Below, piece by piece: positions 60,152 to 64,000 of a stretch of 64,000 bases of DNA. The DNA is from Candidatus Dojkabacteria bacterium (GTDB taxonomy: Bacteria > Patescibacteriota > Dojkabacteria > SC72): NCBI GenBank assembly GCA_050943415.1, contig JBMNPD010000001.1, forward strand, positions 4,317-68,316, written 5' to 3'. The position numbers were made by a program, and so were the translations under genes. The notes beneath the pieces were generated by a model. It saw nothing but the letters and a program-made list of their open reading frames with translations, searched no databases and was not told the DNA's origin. Every line of letters begins with the position of its first letter. Position 1 is the first letter of the stretch.

Positions 60152-60703
60152 ATGACTTGGTTATATATTTTACTAGGTATTGTCGTTCTTTTACTTGCCA
60201 CATTTATTGGCTTGTACAACAAATTGGCAAGACAGAAAGTTACAGTTGAGGAAGCAGCTTCCGATATTGAAACTTTCTTAAAACAGAGGTATGACATGAT
60301 TCCTAATCTTGTAGAAATTGTTAAAGGTTATGCAAAACATGAGAGAGAAACATTTGCAGAAGTTACAAACCTGAGAACAAAAGCTATGTCATCTACTTCA
60401 CTTGAGGAGAAGATGGAAATAGATCAAAAGTTAGATAAGGGGATTGCTAAAATTTTTGCTATTGCTGAAAATTATCCAGAATTAAAGTCTAATGAGAATT
60501 TTGTTCAATTACAGAAAACATTAGAAACATTAGAAGGTGATATTCAAAAATCAAGACGATACTACAACGGTACTGCAAGAGATTTCAATGCTATGATTGT
60601 AGTTTTCCCAAACAATATCATTGCGGGTATGCTTAACTTTAAAAAAGTAGAATTCTTTGAAGCAACAGAAGAAGAGAAGAAGAATGTAGAGATTAAATTC
60701 TAA
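60152..60703 (+). CDS. lemA: LemA family protein.
   Basis: N-terminal TM helix and conserved 'AENYPELK' region. Confidence 0.8.
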   Translation: MTWLYILLGIVVLLLATFIGLYNKLARQKVTVEEAASDIETFLKQRYDMIPNLVEIVKGYAKHERETFAEVTNLRTKAMSSTSLEEKMEIDQKLDKGIAKIFAIAENYPELKSNENFVQLQKTLETLEGDIQKSRRYYNGTARDFNAMIVVFPNNIIAGMLNFKKVEFFEATEEEKKNVEIKF

Positions 60704-60718
60704 TATACATATGAAAAT

Positions 60719-62425
60719 ATGAAAAAATTATTCTCTTTATTATTAGTATTGCTTTGTCTTTTCGTTTCGTATACACCTGTTTCTGCTCTTGGTCTCGAAA
60801 AAGAAAGAGTTACTCTGTTTGAATCAGACATAGAATTAAAGCAGGATACAAAAATTATTGTTAATGAAAAGATTCATTACTACTTTCCTTTAGAAAGGCA
60901 TGGTATATATAGGGATATTCCTACTTCTTACAAGGTTCTTGGTGGTTTTAGAAGACCTACTATTGTTAAAATAAAAGAAGTTAAGTATTATCCATCTGCA
61001 GATTCAAGTCGAATAAGAACTGATTATCAACAGAAACTAGAGAATGGTTACTCCAAACTTAAGATTGGGCGAGAAGATGAGATGATTTCTGGTAATTATG
61101 TGTTTGAGATATCATATACTATTGATAATCTAACAAACTATTTTGATGATCATGATGAAATATATCAAAATATTACTGGTAACTACTGGACTGTTCCTTT
61201 TGACAAAGCAGTTGCCACTATTACACTGCCAGGTAATGTCACTAAAAGTGTTTGTTATACTGGTGTAAAAGGTTCTACAGAAACTAATTGTATAATAACA
61301 GATTTGTCATCAGGAGATAATCATAAGATTGTTGTTGAGGCAGAGGATTTACAGGTAGGAGAAGGTTTAACTGTTGCTCTAGCTATGCCAAAGGGTACTT
61401 TGTTAGATACTAGACCTCGTCAAAAAAGAGAATTTATTTTAGCAAACATAGGAATATTTCTACCAATACCTGTAATTGTTGGTTTGTATTTTCTAGTAAA
61501 GAAGAATAACAAAAATAAAAAGTTAACAGTAATTCCACATTATGATGCTCCAAAGAAAATATATCCTCTTTTAGCAACAAGTATTTTACGTAAGCAGAAC
61601 ATTTCCAAAGGAATATCTGCTGAAATAATTCAATTGGCTGTGTCTGGATATATTCGAATTGAGCAAGAAGGAAAGAAAAAATATATTTTGCATAGGATAG
61701 CTAAGAGTGATGAAAAATTATCTTCCGTACAAAAGTCATTATTAGATGGAATTTTTAATGACAACGATAATGTTAATATCAAAGATCTTAAATCATCTTT
61801 TTACAAAACTGTTGCTTCAATAACTAGAGCATTAGACAAAGAACAAACAGAAACAGGATATATTGACAAAAAGAAAGTAAATTTAAAAAATGGTCTATTT
61901 ATAGGAGGATTCTGTTTAATGTTTGTGTCAGGAGCATTCTTTGGACCAGCTATACAGTTTGCTACACTTGGTTGGGTTTTAGGTTTCTTCCTTTCAGCTT
62001 TTGCAATCAGTATTTCTGGACTATTTATTGATGTTAGAACAAAGGAAGGTAACAAGATTTACTATGAATTACAGGGTCTTAAGAAATATATAAATACTGC
62101 GGAAAAAAGAAGAATTGAGTTCCATGACGATCCAAAGAAATATTCAGGTGTATTTGAGAAGTTGTTACCGTATGCAATTATTTTTGGATTAGAAAAGAAA
62201 TGGATTAAAGAGTTTGAAGATATATATCAGCAACCAGATTGGTATCAAGGAGATTTCGATACCTTTAACACATATATGTTAACTAATTCTATTTCTAATC
62301 TAAATAGTAATATTGGGAGTAGTGTTAACGCGTATAGTAGTTCTGATGGTGGTTCTTGGGGTAGTGGTTTTAGCGGAGGTAGCAGTGGTGGTGGAGGCGG
62401 TGGCGGAGGTGGTGGTAGTTGGTAG
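60719..62425 (+). CDS. DUF2207-domain membrane protein with a C-terminal poly-Gly tail.
   Basis: Signal peptide, extracellular domain and TM helices. Canonical partner of LemA. Ends 'GGSSGGGGGGGGGGSW'. Confidence 0.65.
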   Translation: MKKLFSLLLVLLCLFVSYTPVSALGLEKERVTLFESDIELKQDTKIIVNEKIHYYFPLERHGIYRDIPTSYKVLGGFRRPTIVKIKEVKYYPSADSSRIRTDYQQKLENGYSKLKIGREDEMISGNYVFEISYTIDNLTNYFDDHDEIYQNITGNYWTVPFDKAVATITLPGNVTKSVCYTGVKGSTETNCIITDLSSGDNHKIVVEAEDLQVGEGLTVALAMPKGTLLDTRPRQKREFILANIGIFLPIPVIVGLYFLVKKNNKNKKLTVIPHYDAPKKIYPLLATSILRKQNISKGISAEIIQLAVSGYIRIEQEGKKKYILHRIAKSDEKLSSVQKSLLDGIFNDNDNVNIKDLKSSFYKTVASITRALDKEQTETGYIDKKKVNLKNGLFIGGFCLMFVSGAFFGPAIQFATLGWVLGFFLSAFAISISGLFIDVRTKEGNKIYYELQGLKKYINTAEKRRIEFHDDPKKYSGVFEKLLPYAIIFGLEKKWIKEFEDIYQQPDWYQGDFDTFNTYMLTNSISNLNSNIGSSVNAYSSSDGGSWGSGFSGGSSGGGGGGGGGGSW

Positions 62426-62431
62426 TAGATA

Positions 62432-63490
62432 CTACCAATTTACTGTATACCCCTTTAATCTAGTTCTGATATATGAATATATATAGTAGGTCCAGTATTT
62501 CAATTTAGAAACAGGTAAATCTCTGCTATGCATATATGTCATTTTCTCACCTCCTAAACTCTTCTTAAAGTCCCCTACTCCTTCCCATGGGTGATTCCTG
62601 CCCTCATATCCTCTAGGAACTACTCCTCCAAACATATCAAAAACTGTACAGCCTAAATTTTTACCTAATTCTATTGTTTTCCAATACAATATAGCTGTCA
62701 TAACCATATTCTTTTCTCTATACTCTGTACTAGAACAAGCTTGGTACAAATGCATATTCTTACCAAAAACAGTACATTGCCATATTGAGATTGGTATACC
62801 TTCAGAGTAAGCTACAACCATATAGCACATATTGTGCTCTACTTGAATATCTAACTCTTTCATAAGCAGATCTACAGGCTTATCTATATATCCCTTCAAC
62901 TTTACAGTTTCTAAATGAAAGTCTTTGAACACATCAAATGCTTCTCTGTTAGTAAAAATTTTAATTTCAATAGAAGTATCTTTTAAAAGCTTGTTAAGAT
63001 TTTTTCTTCGGCTACGTCTCATATCTTTTCTCAACTCATCCATACTTTTTGTTAAATCCATCTTTTGTGAAATTAAAGCATCTACATTGTGAATCGGAGC
63101 TTTTACAAAACCTCTTTTTTGGTAAAAATTTAGTAAAGAAGTATCTTCTTCTGTTAGTGGTGCAAACCTTGTCATGAAGCAGTCATTATCTGTAGCTAAC
63201 TTCTTAACAAAGTCTGTAACCTCATCCATATACTTTTCTGAATACGAACTTAAAAGAGGTGAATGTTTACAATCTAGAAAATGACCAAATAGTTTAGATT
63301 GACCGATACTCCCTATGATAACACCTATGAATTTATCAGAATCAAAAATAGCGTATCTAAACGATTTATCATTTACTGATTCATTAAATCTGTATCTGGC
63401 ACTACTATTTAGAAAAGAGTACTCTTTCAGTTGTAAGACTAGTTCATCCCATTTTTTGTCATCATCTATATCTTTAAAAGATAGCTTCAT
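62432..63490 (-). CDS. FemAB-like / GNAT-fold peptidyl-transferase (peptidoglycan cross-bridge formation family).
   Basis: The size and two-lobed acyltransferase-like sequence suggest this family. This is an inference. Confidence 0.45.
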   Translation of the reverse strand: MKLSFKDIDDDKKWDELVLQLKEYSFLNSSARYRFNESVNDKSFRYAIFDSDKFIGVIIGSIGQSKLFGHFLDCKHSPLLSSYSEKYMDEVTDFVKKLATDNDCFMTRFAPLTEEDTSLLNFYQKRGFVKAPIHNVDALISQKMDLTKSMDELRKDMRRSRRKNLNKLLKDTSIEIKIFTNREAFDVFKDFHLETVKLKGYIDKPVDLLMKELDIQVEHNMCYMVVAYSEGIPISIWQCTVFGKNMHLYQACSSTEYREKNMVMTAILYWKTIELGKNLGCTVFDMFGGVVPRGYEGRNHPWEGVGDFKKSLGGEKMTYMHSRDLPVSKLKYWTYYIYSYIRTRLKGYTVNW

Positions 63491-63507
63491 TCTAGTTAGA
63501 TTAAAAT

Positions 63508-64000
63508 TTAAATAGGTTGTCCATATTTATTTATAGTATTAGCAATAATTACAGCAGTTTTCTCATCAACCTCTATATTTGTTGGTAAATTTAAAATATA
63601 TCTACAACAAAATCTTGTATTAGGATATTTGTCATATACAAAACCTAATTCTTTGTAATACTTCTTCTCTATGGGAAATATGGGAGATGTATACCATCTA
63701 CCAACAATAATTTGCATGTTCGCTAATATTTTCTTCAATTCATTTGGGTTTTTTACAATAATGGGATATCTTAATAAGGCTTTATTACCTTTACTAGAAA
63801 AAAGGAATTCTTTCTTCAAATTCTTGTTATATACCTCGACTATTTTTTCTCTATGTGAATTTAGGGCTTCTAACGAATCAAGTTGAGTAAGTAGTAGTTT
63901 AGCTTGAACATCACTCATCTTCATTATCTTGTTAAACTTCAGATAACTTGAAGATGCTTGCCTTTTTATCAATCCTAAGAATCTGTAAACAACTATCAAT
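63508..64000 (-). CDS. DegT/DnrJ/EryC1/StrS-family aminotransferase, C-terminal part only. The N-terminus lies beyond the window end.
   Basis: 'MSDVQAKLLLTQL' and 'ILNLPTNIEVDEKTAVIIANTI' match the C-terminal half of the DegT family. The ORF runs off the window. Confidence 0.6.
   Translation of the reverse strand, partial: LIVVYRFLGLIKRQASSSYLKFNKIMKMSDVQAKLLLTQLDSLEALNSHREKIVEVYNKNLKKEFLFSSKGNKALLRYPIIVKNPNELKKILANMQIIVGRWYTSPIFPIEKKYYKELGFVYDKYPNTRFCCRYILNLPTNIEVDEKTAVIIANTINKYGQPI

Noticed and set aside
1-64000. Whole-window search for CRISPR arrays, rRNA operons and IS elements.
   Set aside because: No regularly spaced direct repeats with unique spacers, no rRNA-like conserved blocks and no transposase-like ORFs or terminal inverted repeats were seen.

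Overview
This is a 64 kb AT-rich (about one-third GC by eye), densely coding window from a bacterial chromosome. I found no rRNA, CRISPR array, transposase or integrase.

Gene content points to an anaerobic, fermentative organism with a Gram-positive-type envelope and a small genome. The supporting genes are pyruvate:ferredoxin oxidoreductase plus ADP-forming acetyl-CoA synthetase, pyruvate-phosphate dikinase, class III ribonucleotide reductase (NrdD/NrdG) with NrdR, desulfoferrodoxin, a sortase with a giant LPXTG adhesin, MurB and a FemAB-like protein. A CPR/Patescibacteria-like lineage is a plausible inference, nothing more.

The main features, in order, are:
- A more than 2100 aa repetitive surface protein, truncated at the 5' window edge, with an internal LPSTG sorting signal and a sortase gene overlapping its 3' end.
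- A PspC/LiaF-like envelope-stress pair.
- A nifS-nifU-mnmA operon, then murB.
- A 1.38 kb ORF-poor stretch that appears to hold promoter/terminator-delimited non-coding transcripts and one RBS-bearing micro-gene.
- Aspartate racemase, a GNAT, PPDK, GH3 NagZ, glycerate kinase and a C69-like peptidase.
- Three paralogous small helical proteins, each bracketed by a conserved promoter/5'UTR element and a 12-bp inverted repeat.
- Two Nudix hydrolases, a P-loop kinase and an SDR.
- Several membrane or secreted hypotheticals and a CE4 deacetylase.
- A tRNA-His-adjacent cluster of unknown genes that includes a JAB/MPN-like motif protein.
- A Zn-metallopeptidase and a CDA-fold deaminase.
- ACD, PorB and PorA.
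- A three-gene secreted-protein operon, a DEDDh exonuclease, and a GC-rich (probably horizontally acquired) secreted protein.
- Enolase, a RecD-like helicase, MetAP, TrxR and a cytidylyltransferase-like gene.
- nrdR-nrdD-nrdG with an NrdR box, LexA, tRNA-Pro, an alpha/beta hydrolase, YibE/F, LemA-DUF2207, a FemAB-like protein and a partial DegT aminotransferase.

The most unusual loci are the read-through adhesin/sortase arrangement, the small-protein cassette family with conserved flanks, and the intergenic RNA-like region.
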